52,840 nt of DNA from a virus (Duplodnaviria > Caudoviricetes): the IMG/VR virus record IMGVR_UViG_3300020202_000091, positions 1 to 52,840 of that record; one strand, given 5' to 3'. Positions 18,129 to 28,135 of the stretch are shown piece after piece (within the stretch, counting starts at the first letter, position 1; each line of letters opens with the position of its first letter). A model generated the notes under the pieces. The model saw only the letters and a list, made by a program, of their open reading frames with translations. It had not been told where the DNA came from and did no database searches. Both the position numbers and the translations under genes were made by a program.

Positions 18129-18871
18129 CCGGCGGTGCGGGGTTTATAGGCACCAATCTTAGAAAACTATATCCAGATGCCGATATTTTCGACCACAAAA
18201 ATGGCGATGAGATATGCGGAAAACTCCCTGATAAGGAATATGACCAAATATTCCACCTGGCGGCCAAGCATCATATACCTACATGCGAAATCGAGATGGA
18301 AGAGTGTATTCGAACAAACTGCTACGGAACGCTTAACCTAATAAAGAAATATCCTAACGCTAGGATTCTTGTCGCCGCATCAAGCTCCGCAAATGAGATA
18401 AAGTCTGTTTACGGCGCATCCAAGGCGTTTAAAGAAATAATCGCCCCCCTTCATAAGAACTACCTAGCCGTGAAGCTGTACAACGTTTTTGGCGAACACC
18501 AGAGGCTGGAGGGCGGCGCTGTAACCCCCAAGCTTATTCACCACATGCTTACAAAAAAGCCTCTTCAGATAAATGGCGATGGGACGCAGTTTAGGGATTT
18601 TACATATGTGGGAGATGTTGTTGAAAACCTAAAGATTTTAATGGATTCGGAGCTTCGCGGCGTCACCCACCTTGGACACGGTGAACCGATCATGCTCAAC
18701 CACTACATCGAGATGATATACGGCGAGATGCCCATGGACATCGAGTATCTTCCGAAGAAGGAAATCGACATCCTTTGGTCCAAGGCCCCCACCCCATGCC
18801 GCAAGTTCTATGGGCGAGAAGAGGGTATTCGACGCACCATTGAGTGGTTTAAAAAAGAGTATGGACTGTAA
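18110..18871 (+). CDS. NAD-dependent epimerase/dehydratase (extended SDR)
   Basis: GGAGFIG, HLAA, SSS, YGASK, YNVFG, GDGTQFRDFTYVGD. Confidence 0.95.
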   Translation: MAKVLITGGAGFIGTNLRKLYPDADIFDHKNGDEICGKLPDKEYDQIFHLAAKHHIPTCEIEMEECIRTNCYGTLNLIKKYPNARILVAASSSANEIKSVYGASKAFKEIIAPLHKNYLAVKLYNVFGEHQRLEGGAVTPKLIHHMLTKKPLQINGDGTQFRDFTYVGDVVENLKILMDSELRGVTHLGHGEPIMLNHYIEMIYGEMPMDIEYLPKKEIDILWSKAPTPCRKFYGREEGIRRTIEWFKKEYGL

Positions 18872-19763
18872 GTTATCAATTGTAATTCCATGCAAAGACG
18901 AAAACGATCCGAATCTAAAAGAACTGTTAGAAAGCATAAAAAAACAAGAATTTCCTACGAATCAGATGGAAGTATTAGTTATTTCAGAGGGGACGAGCGA
19001 ATCAGCAAAAGCGATTGGCATAAGGAAGGCGAAGGGCGACGTGATCGGTTTCCTGGCAAGCGATAATGAACTTACCTCAGAAAATGCTTTACATCAGTTG
19101 TGGTGGCAGGCCGCTGTTGACGGAGCTGCATATACAAGATACTACCACTACTCAAAAAACGACAATTCACTCAACAGGTATTTCTCTCTAATGGGTTGCA
19201 ACGACCCGCTGGCGTTTTACATGAAAAAATGCGACAGGGGGCCTCTTGTAATGCTTTTAAATGAAAAATACTCCGAGTTCGACCCAAAAGGAAAAACGGT
19301 TGGCGACAACGGGTTTTTCGTCAAAAAAGAGCTGATACAAAAAACCGACCTCGATAACTACTACCATATCGACAACGCCAATGAAATAAATTCTAAGATA
19401 ACGGCAATCAACTCGTCATTCTTGTGGCATAAAACTGGCGGCAACATATTTAATTTCTTCGCAAGGCGCTTCCGTTACGGCCTTCAACACGCATTTAATA
19501 AAAACCGCCGCTGGCATCTGGTGGATTTCAGTAAACCCCAAGACATCCGGAGACTCGCATGGTTCGTCGTTGCGTCTATAAGCATTATTCCAACATTGAT
19601 GTTGTCGATTCGTGGATGGCTAAAAATCCAGGACAAAGCCTGGTTTTGGCACCCTGCAATTTGCCTAATAACCGTTTTCATGTATTCAGTATTGACAGCC
19701 CATATCGTCCTAAGAAATACCTATCGGTGGTTATTTGCACGTATGGACGCCCGGACAGCTTAA
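18861..19763 (+). CDS. Glycosyltransferase family 2
   Basis: LSIVIPC, GIRKAKGDVIGFLASD, C-terminal TM helices. Confidence 0.85.
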   Translation: MDCKLSIVIPCKDENDPNLKELLESIKKQEFPTNQMEVLVISEGTSESAKAIGIRKAKGDVIGFLASDNELTSENALHQLWWQAAVDGAAYTRYYHYSKNDNSLNRYFSLMGCNDPLAFYMKKCDRGPLVMLLNEKYSEFDPKGKTVGDNGFFVKKELIQKTDLDNYYHIDNANEINSKITAINSSFLWHKTGGNIFNFFARRFRYGLQHAFNKNRRWHLVDFSKPQDIRRLAWFVVASISIIPTLMLSIRGWLKIQDKAWFWHPAICLITVFMYSVLTAHIVLRNTYRWLFARMDARTA

Positions 19764-20488
19764 AAAATGCCCTCTTCTCTCTCACAAGACAGACTTTTAA
19801 AGATTTTGAGGTCGTTCTCATCACGGAAAAAGGCGATTTGTCGAAATGCCGCCAAGCCGGTATCGAGAGCGCAAGAGGAGGCGTTGTTTCACTTATTGAC
19901 GATGACGTTTATTGCCCGCCAACTTGGATGGAAGGTGTCGTTAAAAGTTTCAGGGAGGACGTTGTAGGTGTTACCGGGCCGACGGTCATTTCCAGACAGC
20001 TTCGAAAACATCGTGATACGTTTAAGTATACGCCCGTTCGATGGCTCCAAGACAAAGTATTCGGAGTGCCACGTAGACCAGGACATCTATCAAAATGTGG
20101 TGCTCCCTCTATGGAAAGCAATTTCGAATCTTGCGTGTACGAGGGGCCGGTGGACTACCTCGAATGTTGCAACTTTTCAGTCAAAAGGAAAGAAGCGCTA
20201 GATGTCGGTGGGTTCTCGGACGTTTACGTTAAGACTTCAGAGTGGTGTGAGGTTGACCTTTCGCTTAGACTTCGACAAAAAGGCAGGCTCGTTTTCTCTC
20301 AGCTTTGCAAACTTTACCACAGGCCGTCGGTCGCGGGTATTTATACGGCAAGGCTCAAAACGGCGCATCGCTGGGACAATTTCTACGTGTATCAAACACG
20401 ATGGTTTGGACGTAAATCTATTCGAACCATACTTTATCGAGCGTTTGTTTGGACGTACTTTAAGGTGAAGAGCCTTGGATGGGTATAG
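19559..20488 (+). CDS. Glycosyltransferase family 2 (start uncertain)
   Basis: LSVVICTYGR, QTFKDFEV, LIDDD, NFSV...VGGF, EVDLSLRL. Confidence 0.9.
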   Translation: MVRRCVYKHYSNIDVVDSWMAKNPGQSLVLAPCNLPNNRFHVFSIDSPYRPKKYLSVVICTYGRPDSLKNALFSLTRQTFKDFEVVLITEKGDLSKCRQAGIESARGGVVSLIDDDVYCPPTWMEGVVKSFREDVVGVTGPTVISRQLRKHRDTFKYTPVRWLQDKVFGVPRRPGHLSKCGAPSMESNFESCVYEGPVDYLECCNFSVKRKEALDVGGFSDVYVKTSEWCEVDLSLRLRQKGRLVFSQLCKLYHRPSVAGIYTARLKTAHRWDNFYVYQTRWFGRKSIRTILYRAFVWTYFKVKSLGWV

Positions 20489-20657
20489 CAAAAGTGAAGA
20501 AAACGACAAAACGAAAACCGGCGTCCACTGTCCAAAAGACGGAAAAGAAATGGAATCGGTCTCAGAGTCCGACAGATACACCTGCCACTGGTGCGGCGGG
20601 ATCTTCAGAATCAACGATGGAAGAATCGAGGAAACCTGGTTTGAAGGCTTTGAGTGA
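20475..20657 (+). CDS. Small zinc-ribbon protein
   Basis: CPKD...CHWC motif pair. Confidence 0.5.
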   Translation: MDGYSKSEENDKTKTGVHCPKDGKEMESVSESDRYTCHWCGGIFRINDGRIEETWFEGFE

Positions 20658-20979
20658 GCATGTCGTTGCACTCAACGACATCTATATCATTGAGGAAGAC
20701 CCGATAGAAACGATCATGGAAAATGATTCGGGCCTTACAGCAGATGTTGTTGATGCACTGAAATCAAAGACCCTCATAATTCCGGACGCATACAGCTCGT
20801 TTGCCGAGAAGTACCCATGCACCGGAACCATCGTTTCCGTGGGACCAAAAACAAAGCTTGGAATGAAGCCTGGAGAAAGGGTTGGTTACGCAAGGCTTGG
20901 GGTTCAAAGGTACAAACTGAATGGGAAAACCCTCTGCGACGTAAGGGAATGTGATTTGCACTATGCGATTCTCGATTGA
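20617..20979 (+). CDS. groES: GroES/Cpn10-like co-chaperonin
   Basis: ALND...E...SGL...IIPD...EK...GTIVSVGP...KPGERV.Y...G......G......RE.DL pattern; start at 20617 or 20650. Confidence 0.75.
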   Translation: MEESRKPGLKALSEHVVALNDIYIIEEDPIETIMENDSGLTADVVDALKSKTLIIPDAYSSFAEKYPCTGTIVSVGPKTKLGMKPGERVGYARLGVQRYKLNGKTLCDVRECDLHYAILD

Positions 20980-21205
20980 CCCAAAGCCCATTGGGGCCTT
21001 CATCGAATATACGCTCAAGCCCCTCATTGATGACTCAAGGGAACTCATTGCCGTTCTTGACGAGCATGGAATAAAGCTCGGTGATGTTGTGAACTACGCC
21101 TTTCGTCTTTACGTGATCGACATAATAAACAGAACTATCTTGGCTTTATTTGTAACCGGAATGATATGCGCAACCGCCTTAGCCTGCCTCCACTACAAGG
21201 GATAA
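20963..21205 (+). CDS. Small membrane protein
   Basis: C-terminal hydrophobic helix; coupled ORF. Confidence 0.55.
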   Translation: MRFSIDPKPIGAFIEYTLKPLIDDSRELIAVLDEHGIKLGDVVNYAFRLYVIDIINRTILALFVTGMICATALACLHYKG

Positions 21206-21714
21206 AGCACTTGGATGGGAAGGGAAACTTCGCCGTCAAGAAATACTACGCTTTCCCCTTCTCATTCTTTTACCAGAAAAAGTTGAGAATGATATTGAAC
21301 CTTCTCGACAGAAAACGAATCTATCGGAACATTCTGGACTTCGGCTCCGGTGAGGCTGAGATATTCAAACCGGAGCTTTCAAAAAGAGCATTGAATGTGA
21401 AATGCGTGGATAAGGTTTCCGAGATTAATGTTAGGTGGAAATTCGATGTTGTTGTTTGCTCGTCAGTTCTTGAGTTTTGCAATCTGAACCCAGTTTTAAA
21501 CCGTATACGCCAAATCTGCCAACCCTATGGGATGTTGGTTGGCGCTTCTGTGATGGATACGTGGGCCACGAGACTTTACTTCAAACTGATCGGAGATAAG
21601 CAAAAAAGAAAAAGCCACAAAGAAATTCTCGAAGCTGTCCACAAGCACTTTTTCATCGTTGAACAGTATGAGTGGTTTGGCCTTTATTTATCATTCAAGG
21701 GATACCCTAAATGA
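21166..21714 (+). CDS. Class I SAM-dependent methyltransferase
   Basis: ILDFGSG, FDVVVCSSVLEF. Confidence 0.85.
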   Translation: MRNRLSLPPLQGIKHLDGKGNFAVKKYYAFPFSFFYQKKLRMILNLLDRKRIYRNILDFGSGEAEIFKPELSKRALNVKCVDKVSEINVRWKFDVVVCSSVLEFCNLNPVLNRIRQICQPYGMLVGASVMDTWATRLYFKLIGDKQKRKSHKEILEAVHKHFFIVEQYEWFGLYLSFKGYPK

Positions 21715-22397
21715 TGGACGATCTAACCGTAGTTATCCCATGCCGCAACGAGAACGTTGAGAATGTAACCCAAACTTACACAGAGCTGACAAACATGGGG
21801 TGCCATGTCGTGATTGTTGACGATGGCAACACCATGCTTTGGCCTGATGATGTAAACGTTGTCACTTACCCAGCCCCAATGGGATATGGGTACGCCTTAA
21901 AAACGGGAATAAGAAGCGCGAAGACCCCAATAGTCCTTACGATGGATGGCGATGGCCAGCACACCGTTTCGGACGCACAAAAGCTTTACAAAGTATTCAA
22001 ACTTGCCAATTCGGAGATGGTCGTTGGCCAGCGCTGGCTTAAGTACGAGAAGTGGTACAGAAAAATAGGCCGTAAGTTCCTAAATTTCATCGCTTCCGTG
22101 ATCGTCGGCCACTATCTAGTAGACCTTAACAGCGGAATGAGGATATTCGATGCGAAACTTGCTTGTAATTATTTTCCTATTCTTTGCGATACTTTTAGTT
22201 TTACTACTTCTCTATCTATTTCTATGGTCGCTGACGGCCATAAGGTGGTGTATTTCCCTATCGACGTTAAGCCGAGGTTTTCGGGTAAAAGCCATGTGAA
22301 CGTCATAAAAGATGGCTTCATAACCCTATGGTTTATTCTTTACTGCGGTATTGGATGCAGGACTAGGAAACTAAGAGCATGGTTCGCTGGACGGTAG
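21711..22397 (+). CDS. GT2, Dpm1/GtrB-like polyprenyl-phosphate sugar synthase
   Basis: VVIPCRNE, IVDDG, GYGYALKTG, MDGDGQH, VVGQR, DLNSGMR, R..GKS. Confidence 0.88.
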   Translation: MMDDLTVVIPCRNENVENVTQTYTELTNMGCHVVIVDDGNTMLWPDDVNVVTYPAPMGYGYALKTGIRSAKTPIVLTMDGDGQHTVSDAQKLYKVFKLANSEMVVGQRWLKYEKWYRKIGRKFLNFIASVIVGHYLVDLNSGMRIFDAKLACNYFPILCDTFSFTTSLSISMVADGHKVVYFPIDVKPRFSGKSHVNVIKDGFITLWFILYCGIGCRTRKLRAWFAGR

Positions 22398-22921
22398 ATG
22401 TTGAAAAAGACTGGGGTGGTCGCACTCAAGGCACTCTCGGCCTTAAATACGGCCTGCCTAAAATTCTCAGTTTATTTAATGATTTTGGCGTCAAAGGTCT
22501 TTTTTTTGTGTCTACGGAACTCCTCCGCGATCACAGAAAGGATATCGAGGCTATCAAAAAAGAAGGGCACGAAATCGGAAGTCACGGTCATTTCCACGTT
22601 GTATATGGCCAACCCACACGCGCACAACAGGATTACGAAATTTCTAAAGCCATGATTGAATCTCTAACCGGAAACAAGTACCCCAGGTTTAGGGCTCCGA
22701 AATTCTCTTTTGACAACGGGGATGTTTACGCAAACAGAAAGAATCATACAGGACTTCTACGGTATATGTGGGGTTTGGATAAATTGAGAGAAATCATTTA
22801 TCTACATCCCTTCGATATCGTTGATGCACATCAGGATGCGCCTAATCTTTTTTGCCGTGCTTGGTACTCTCGTCCTCGCATGGCTTATAAAACTTTATGT
22901 GACCTTCTCTCTAAGGCTTGA
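22379..22921 (+). CDS. Polysaccharide deacetylase (NodB/CE4-like)
   Basis: TVDVE, GLFFV, GHEIGSHGHFH, FRAP, YLHPFD. Confidence 0.88.
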   Translation: MVRWTVDVEKDWGGRTQGTLGLKYGLPKILSLFNDFGVKGLFFVSTELLRDHRKDIEAIKKEGHEIGSHGHFHVVYGQPTRAQQDYEISKAMIESLTGNKYPRFRAPKFSFDNGDVYANRKNHTGLLRYMWGLDKLREIIYLHPFDIVDAHQDAPNLFCRAWYSRPRMAYKTLCDLLSKA

Positions 22922-22964
22922 GAGGATTGTCACTACTTTTATTAAAAATCTTTGGAGGCACTAG

Positions 22965-24449
22965 TTGAAAATCTGCCTAATTAACGTTCCAAATACCTAT
23001 GAACTTGTTGGAAATGACCCGGTAATTATCAAGGATCAGCAAGGCGTCTATCCGCCTCTTGGAATACTCTACATGGCGTCATATCTCAAAAACACAGGGA
23101 GATATGAAATGTCCGTCATCGACGCGCAAGCCGATGACCTCACACACGCAGAGGTAGCTGATAAAGTAAAAGAAATAAAACCAGATATTGTCGGACTTAC
23201 GGCAATGACCTTTACGCTAGTTGATGTAAAGCTCACCGTTCAAGAAATTCGTAAGAGACTGGATACGATAATCGTCATCGGCGGCCCGCATACAGCCATT
23301 TATCCCGAAGAGTGTTTCGAGAAAGATGGCCTGAACGCCGATTATGTGGTTGTCGGTGAGGGTGAGAAAACACTGGATAGACTAGCCCAAGATATAGCAT
23401 TAGGAAAAGCACATGACAGAATCTACAGGCAAATCTCGTTCATCGAAGACCTTAACGAACTTCCTTTCCCAGCCAGAGAACTTACTAATATGGAAAAATA
23501 TTATTCAGTCCTATCGGCTGACACACCAACAACTACGGCCTTTTCTTCGAGGGGATGCCCCTTCTCATGCGCTTACTGCGATAGACCAGCGCTTGGAAAG
23601 GGCTTTAGAGCTATGTCTGCTAATCGAGTCGCAGATGAAATGGAGTGGTGCCAAAAAAACGGCATCAAAGAAATCTTCTTCTATGATGACACGTTCTCGG
23701 TCTCAATGAAACGGGTGATGGAGATATGCGCCGAGATTAAAAGACGGAATATTAAGATCAAGTGGGATGTCCGAACCCGCGTCAACGTAGTTAATGATGA
23801 TCTTTTAAAGAACATGAAGGAGGCGGGATGCGAAAGAATCCATTTCGGTGTAGAGACCGCAAATCCAAGGGTAGTCAAAGAACTGCAAAAAGGTACTACG
23901 AATCTTCAGGTGGAGAAAGCCTTCGACCTCTGCAAGAAACATGGGATAAAGACTCTTGCCTATTTCATGATGGGGAATCCGACGGAAACATTGGAGGATG
24001 TGAAAGAAACGCTCGCATTGTCGCGTAGGATAAAACCCGACTTCATGCAGATGACGATCCTATCCCCATTCCCAGCGACACAGATATATTTAAGGGCAAC
24101 GCAGGAGGGCGTCATTCAGGGCGATCCGTGGCGTGACTACGCAAGAAGAATCCATGATGACTTTAGACCCCCCCTTTGGTCACAGCCTGGTGGAATTTAT
24201 ACCCGTGAAGAACTTGAAAAGAATCTCAGGTGGTTTTATGGCCAGTTCTACCTCCAGCCTACTTTTATTTGGGAACGAGTTAAAGAAGTTAGGAATTGGG
24301 GGCAATTCAAACGCTATGCAGCGGCCGGTTTGTCACTTCTGAAAATGACAATGATTCCGGAACAAAAATTGAAAGATAGTTGGCAGTTGAGAACAAAAAC
24401 TGGCGTGGCATCAAGCGCAAAACCGGAAGCGGCTGTGAGTGTTAACTAG
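22965..24449 (+). CDS. Cobalamin-binding radical SAM enzyme
   Basis: PPLGILY, PDIVGL, GGPH, GEGE, SRGCPFSCAYC, FYDDTF, FGVET. Confidence 0.93.
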   Translation: MKICLINVPNTYELVGNDPVIIKDQQGVYPPLGILYMASYLKNTGRYEMSVIDAQADDLTHAEVADKVKEIKPDIVGLTAMTFTLVDVKLTVQEIRKRLDTIIVIGGPHTAIYPEECFEKDGLNADYVVVGEGEKTLDRLAQDIALGKAHDRIYRQISFIEDLNELPFPARELTNMEKYYSVLSADTPTTTAFSSRGCPFSCAYCDRPALGKGFRAMSANRVADEMEWCQKNGIKEIFFYDDTFSVSMKRVMEICAEIKRRNIKIKWDVRTRVNVVNDDLLKNMKEAGCERIHFGVETANPRVVKELQKGTTNLQVEKAFDLCKKHGIKTLAYFMMGNPTETLEDVKETLALSRRIKPDFMQMTILSPFPATQIYLRATQEGVIQGDPWRDYARRIHDDFRPPLWSQPGGIYTREELEKNLRWFYGQFYLQPTFIWERVKEVRNWGQFKRYAAAGLSLLKMTMIPEQKLKDSWQLRTKTGVASSAKPEAAVSVN

Positions 24450-25275
24450 GTTTACGGATGTCGCACGAAAACTCCCGTCACCGATCTATAAATTCGCCGC
24501 CCAGCGATACATTGACTATGACTTCCCACGGCACATTTTTGTCGAAACAACCGCTCACTGCAACTTGTCATGCGAATACTGCCCAAGGGAGAAAAGAAAT
24601 GACCACATGGACTTTCAGCTCTTTAAGTCGATCATCGATGAAGCGAGCGAACATGGCCCCAGGAGCTTTAGTCTGCACCTCTTTGGAGAACCCCTCCTCT
24701 ATCCCAACATCCTTGAGGCTATCGGGTACATTAAGAAAAAGAACAAAAAGCATACGGTCCTTCTTACGACGAATGGAACGCTACTTAACAAATTCGCCAA
24801 TGAGCTACTGGAACTATCAGTTGACAGAATCATCTGGTCTTACAGGCGAAACAACTTTAACGATGGAACTATACGGGTACTCAGGAAAATCGGACTCATC
24901 CGACTTCTCATCGAAGAAACCCCGAAAGAAGAGTTTGAAAAATGGTCGAAATTCCCACGGGTCGAAATAAAGCATCTTCATAACTACGGAGGGAATATTG
25001 ATGTTTCCAAGTGGCATAAGATCGAACCACCCGAAAGATACCCCTGTTATCACCTGTGGCTCGCACCGGCTATTCGCTGGAATGGTGAGATCACCTTTTG
25101 TTGCAATGTACCCCAATTGGGATACGAAGTTCTTGGGAACTACCACGACATGAGCCTGCAAGACGTATGGAAGTCTGACCGCCTGAACTCGATTAGGCAA
25201 GACCACATGAATAAAATCTACAAAGGAGCCTGCAAGAACTGTACGAGCTGGCAGGCGTATCCATCCATATGGTAA
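24439..25275 (+). CDS. Radical SAM protein with SPASM/twitch domain
   Basis: CNLSCEYC, GEPLL, TTNG, PC..LW....WNG...CC...C..C. Confidence 0.92.
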   Translation: MLTRFTDVARKLPSPIYKFAAQRYIDYDFPRHIFVETTAHCNLSCEYCPREKRNDHMDFQLFKSIIDEASEHGPRSFSLHLFGEPLLYPNILEAIGYIKKKNKKHTVLLTTNGTLLNKFANELLELSVDRIIWSYRRNNFNDGTIRVLRKIGLIRLLIEETPKEEFEKWSKFPRVEIKHLHNYGGNIDVSKWHKIEPPERYPCYHLWLAPAIRWNGEITFCCNVPQLGYEVLGNYHDMSLQDVWKSDRLNSIRQDHMNKIYKGACKNCTSWQAYPSIW

Positions 25276-25379
25276 GCCCATGCATTGGAATCTGTCTACT
25301 CGACGAAAACGACGTCTGTATCGGATGTAAAAGAACTATCAAGGAAATAGAGGATGCTGGAAATCAAGCCGGTAGATAA
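25269..25379 (+). CDS. DUF1289-like four-Cys miniprotein (not in ORF track)
   Basis: MVSPCIGICLLDENDVCIGCKRTIKEI matches the SPCxxxC...CxGCxRT pattern. Confidence 0.75.
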   Translation: MVSPCIGICLLDENDVCIGCKRTIKEIEDAGNQAGR

Positions 25380-25509
25380 AAACGATATTTATAGGATTAT
25401 CGGATGGTCTGAATGTGAAAAGGACAATTCATGCCATGTGTGCGATGAGCGCGGTATCGCTGTGAGACAAATATTGGAACATTTCGATCTGATTAAAAAG
25501 GATGTTTAA
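25354..25509 (+). CDS. 51 aa Cys-containing protein (not in ORF track)
   Basis: MLEIKPVDKND...CEKDNSCHVC...; overlaps both neighbours in coupled fashion. Confidence 0.5.
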   Translation: MLEIKPVDKNDIYRIIGWSECEKDNSCHVCDERGIAVRQILEHFDLIKKDV

Positions 25510-26842
25510 GTTTTTATCTCGCTCGGAGCTCTTATCAACCTTCTTCCCTACTTGGCTATGGCAAGGAAGAGAGTGGTCTAAATGGAGAATACCGAAGTAT
25601 GACCCTTATTATTGGATTAATGCTTACAGCCACCCTGTTATTTCTACTTTTTATCCTCCTCATGCTGTATCAGCCTTATTTTCCTCAATGGTTAGAATCA
25701 ATTGCGCTTTCAGCGCCTTTCTCTGGAACATTTTTTCTCATGTTATCTTTGGGTTTATTGGCTGGTGCCAACTTATCGGGCCATTTGGGGCAATCACATT
25801 CACACTCGCAGGCTATAACTGGAAACAACAGCCATGCTTCCAATACACAATAGCGTGGTTCCCGTGGCTTTTACTTGGAATAGCGAAAGGTAATTTATGG
25901 TTAAGTGGAATAAGCTTTGGAATGATTATACTCGCTGGGTATTATCCGGTAGGGATTCAGATTACTCTGATAGCGCTGTCCTACTCTTTCGTCGCTGGAA
26001 CAGGATTGTTGTGGACGCTCTTTGGGACTTTGATCGGAGCGATTCAGCTAATTCCATTTCTTCGATATCTCCCCAAAACAATCCGAGCGAATAAACACGA
26101 TGACATCGGAAAAGTTCCGTGGTGGCATTTCATCCATCTTTTTTTTCCAAAAGCAACTCGTTGGAACGTGAACGGAGTCGGTTTTTGGGAAATGTCCTAT
26201 TACATCGGCATAATCCCACTTTTAACAATTTGGTATACGACTAGCAAGGCGCTAGTCCTTGTCATGGCGGCGGCAATTCTAATGCTAGGTTTCCTATCAC
26301 CACACCTCCCACGCATACCGGCCCGCTGGTCGTATACCTTTCAGTTTGCTTTGATCTGGTGCGCGGTGAACGGACTGAATAATTTGAACCTTTCGCCAGA
26401 AGTTCTATTGATTCTTTGTGCGATTCAGTTATTTGACCTTCTTTGGTACAACTTTGCTCTATTAACAAATAGGCCTTATTCAGAGCTTTGGAACCGCCCA
26501 AGTCACGCCTTCAACACAGCCTTGACTAGATATATAGGAAGCCGAAAAAACGAGAAAAAATGCGAAAAAATGGCATTCAGGGTGTCTGGACTTCCTTACC
26601 CATTGTTCACTGGTCATGTTAATAAAATTAAAACGTTGGGTTACTCAGGTGGAATGCAGTTAAAACTCATGGCGAAGTGGCGAAATGACCGGAACCCCAA
26701 CGGCTCAGGAGAGCATGATTGGTTCAGAAGTAATGAGGATTCATTAGCACTAGACAGATACGGAGTGAAGTATGCTTTCACGCGCAAGAGAATTGCTTGG
26801 CCTTGTGTCGGCAAGCACCTCTACGAAAACCCAAGAATCTAA
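25502..26842 (+). CDS. YfhO-like GT-C membrane glycosyltransferase
   Basis: YDPY....HP....FYP, AWFPW, LAGY, QLIP, EMSYYIG, RIPARW; multiple TM helices. Confidence 0.7.
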   Translation: MFKFLSRSELLSTFFPTWLWQGREWSKWRIPKYDPYYWINAYSHPVISTFYPPHAVSALFSSMVRINCAFSAFLWNIFSHVIFGFIGWCQLIGPFGAITFTLAGYNWKQQPCFQYTIAWFPWLLLGIAKGNLWLSGISFGMIILAGYYPVGIQITLIALSYSFVAGTGLLWTLFGTLIGAIQLIPFLRYLPKTIRANKHDDIGKVPWWHFIHLFFPKATRWNVNGVGFWEMSYYIGIIPLLTIWYTTSKALVLVMAAAILMLGFLSPHLPRIPARWSYTFQFALIWCAVNGLNNLNLSPEVLLILCAIQLFDLLWYNFALLTNRPYSELWNRPSHAFNTALTRYIGSRKNEKKCEKMAFRVSGLPYPLFTGHVNKIKTLGYSGGMQLKLMAKWRNDRNPNGSGEHDWFRSNEDSLALDRYGVKYAFTRKRIAWPCVGKHLYENPRI

Positions 26843-27119
26843 CGCCAAGTACGTAGAAGCCAACGCAAGAGGCTATTACTTCTACGACACACTCGCCCTG
26901 TCTCTCATAACAAACACATTCGTAGAGGCGTCGTATATGTTCACACATACAGGCGGTAGCTTGCCAAAAAGACACAAGCAATATCTCGAAGCCTCGAAAC
27001 AAGCCTACGCATTTATTTCCGGGACCGGCCTCGAAATAATGATCCAAGCCTACAACATGGATTACGACGCAGACATGCTAAGGGATATGTTCTATGCAAA
27101 GTTCAAAATCAAAGCCTGA
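26772..27119 (+). CDS. Hypothetical protein
   Basis: Co-oriented ORF filling the gap, GGAG RBS. Confidence 0.55.
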   Translation: MLSRARELLGLVSASTSTKTQESNAKYVEANARGYYFYDTLALSLITNTFVEASYMFTHTGGSLPKRHKQYLEASKQAYAFISGTGLEIMIQAYNMDYDADMLRDMFYAKFKIKA

Positions 27120-28116
27120 AGTTTCCATAATCGTTTGCCATCATCTTGGCGACTTCATTTACAAATTCGTGGAGTCCGTCAAAGCATCAACATTTACAGA
27201 TTACGAAATAATCGTCATAACGTCTGATGAAAAGCTCGCAACAAACGGCATAAAAGGATGCGTGACGTTTCATTCAACCGCCATGCCAGCGGAAAAAAGG
27301 AACATTGGTTCACGTTTGGCAAAAGGAAAATACCTCGCCTTCTTCGATGATGACGTTGAGGTGACACAAGACTGTCTTTATTTTTTAAGACAGGCGTTTG
27401 ATAAATATAAAAAGATCGGAATGGTCTATGGGAAGCTCTACAACATGGAGCATAGAAATAGGTTTGACGAGGCTGGGGGATTCATAACATCTACTGGATT
27501 TATATGGTCAAGGGCCGGACAGAATGAGATAGACCGTGGGCAGTATGACGAGCCCGAGCTCATATTTTCAGGGAAATCAGCCTCATGCATGATAAGGCGT
27601 GATGTGTTTGAGAAGATAGGCGGCTTTGACGATGATTTTGAGATACTGGGTGAAGAATCAGACCTTTCGTGGAGGGTGTGGCTCTCGGGCTTTCATGTCC
27701 TTTGGGAACCTAATTCCGTTGCCTATCACGCATTCAACACGAAGTTCAAACCAGCGGAGAAGTTCTATACATCAAAACGGGTTCAGTACAACGGCTGCCG
27801 TAATTACATAACAATGCTCGTCAAAAATCTTGAATGGAGAAATCTATGGAAAATGCTAATCATTCAATATCTGGTCTGGACTTATGCCGCCATTGCCATG
27901 ATTATCACTGGAAAAGCGAATCAGGGGTTAAACATTCTGAAAGGACTAGGATATACCTTAAGAAAGGCCTCTTACATATTAGAGAAGAGAAAGAAAATAC
28001 AAGAAAGGCGGGTCGTCAGTGATAAAGATATTTGGCCTAACATTTTTCGCCGGACACCAGCCGGATACTATCGGCAGCGGTTTATTCGATATCTCAAAAT
28101 CGGCCTTCACGGCTGA
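27094..28116 (+). CDS. Glycosyltransferase family 2 (WbbL/RfbF-like)
   Basis: VSIIV, FFDDD, IGGFDDDF, EESDLSWR. Confidence 0.92.
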   Translation: MQSSKSKPEVSIIVCHHLGDFIYKFVESVKASTFTDYEIIVITSDEKLATNGIKGCVTFHSTAMPAEKRNIGSRLAKGKYLAFFDDDVEVTQDCLYFLRQAFDKYKKIGMVYGKLYNMEHRNRFDEAGGFITSTGFIWSRAGQNEIDRGQYDEPELIFSGKSASCMIRRDVFEKIGGFDDDFEILGEESDLSWRVWLSGFHVLWEPNSVAYHAFNTKFKPAEKFYTSKRVQYNGCRNYITMLVKNLEWRNLWKMLIIQYLVWTYAAIAMIITGKANQGLNILKGLGYTLRKASYILEKRKKIQERRVVSDKDIWPNIFRRTPAGYYRQRFIRYLKIGLHG

Positions 28117-28135
28117 ACAATCTGTTTGGAAAAAC

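Noticed and set aside
20479-20616. Long basic N-terminal extension on GroES
   Set aside because: It overlaps the zinc-ribbon ORF 20475-20657, and the GroES-like sequence begins only near 20617-20650.
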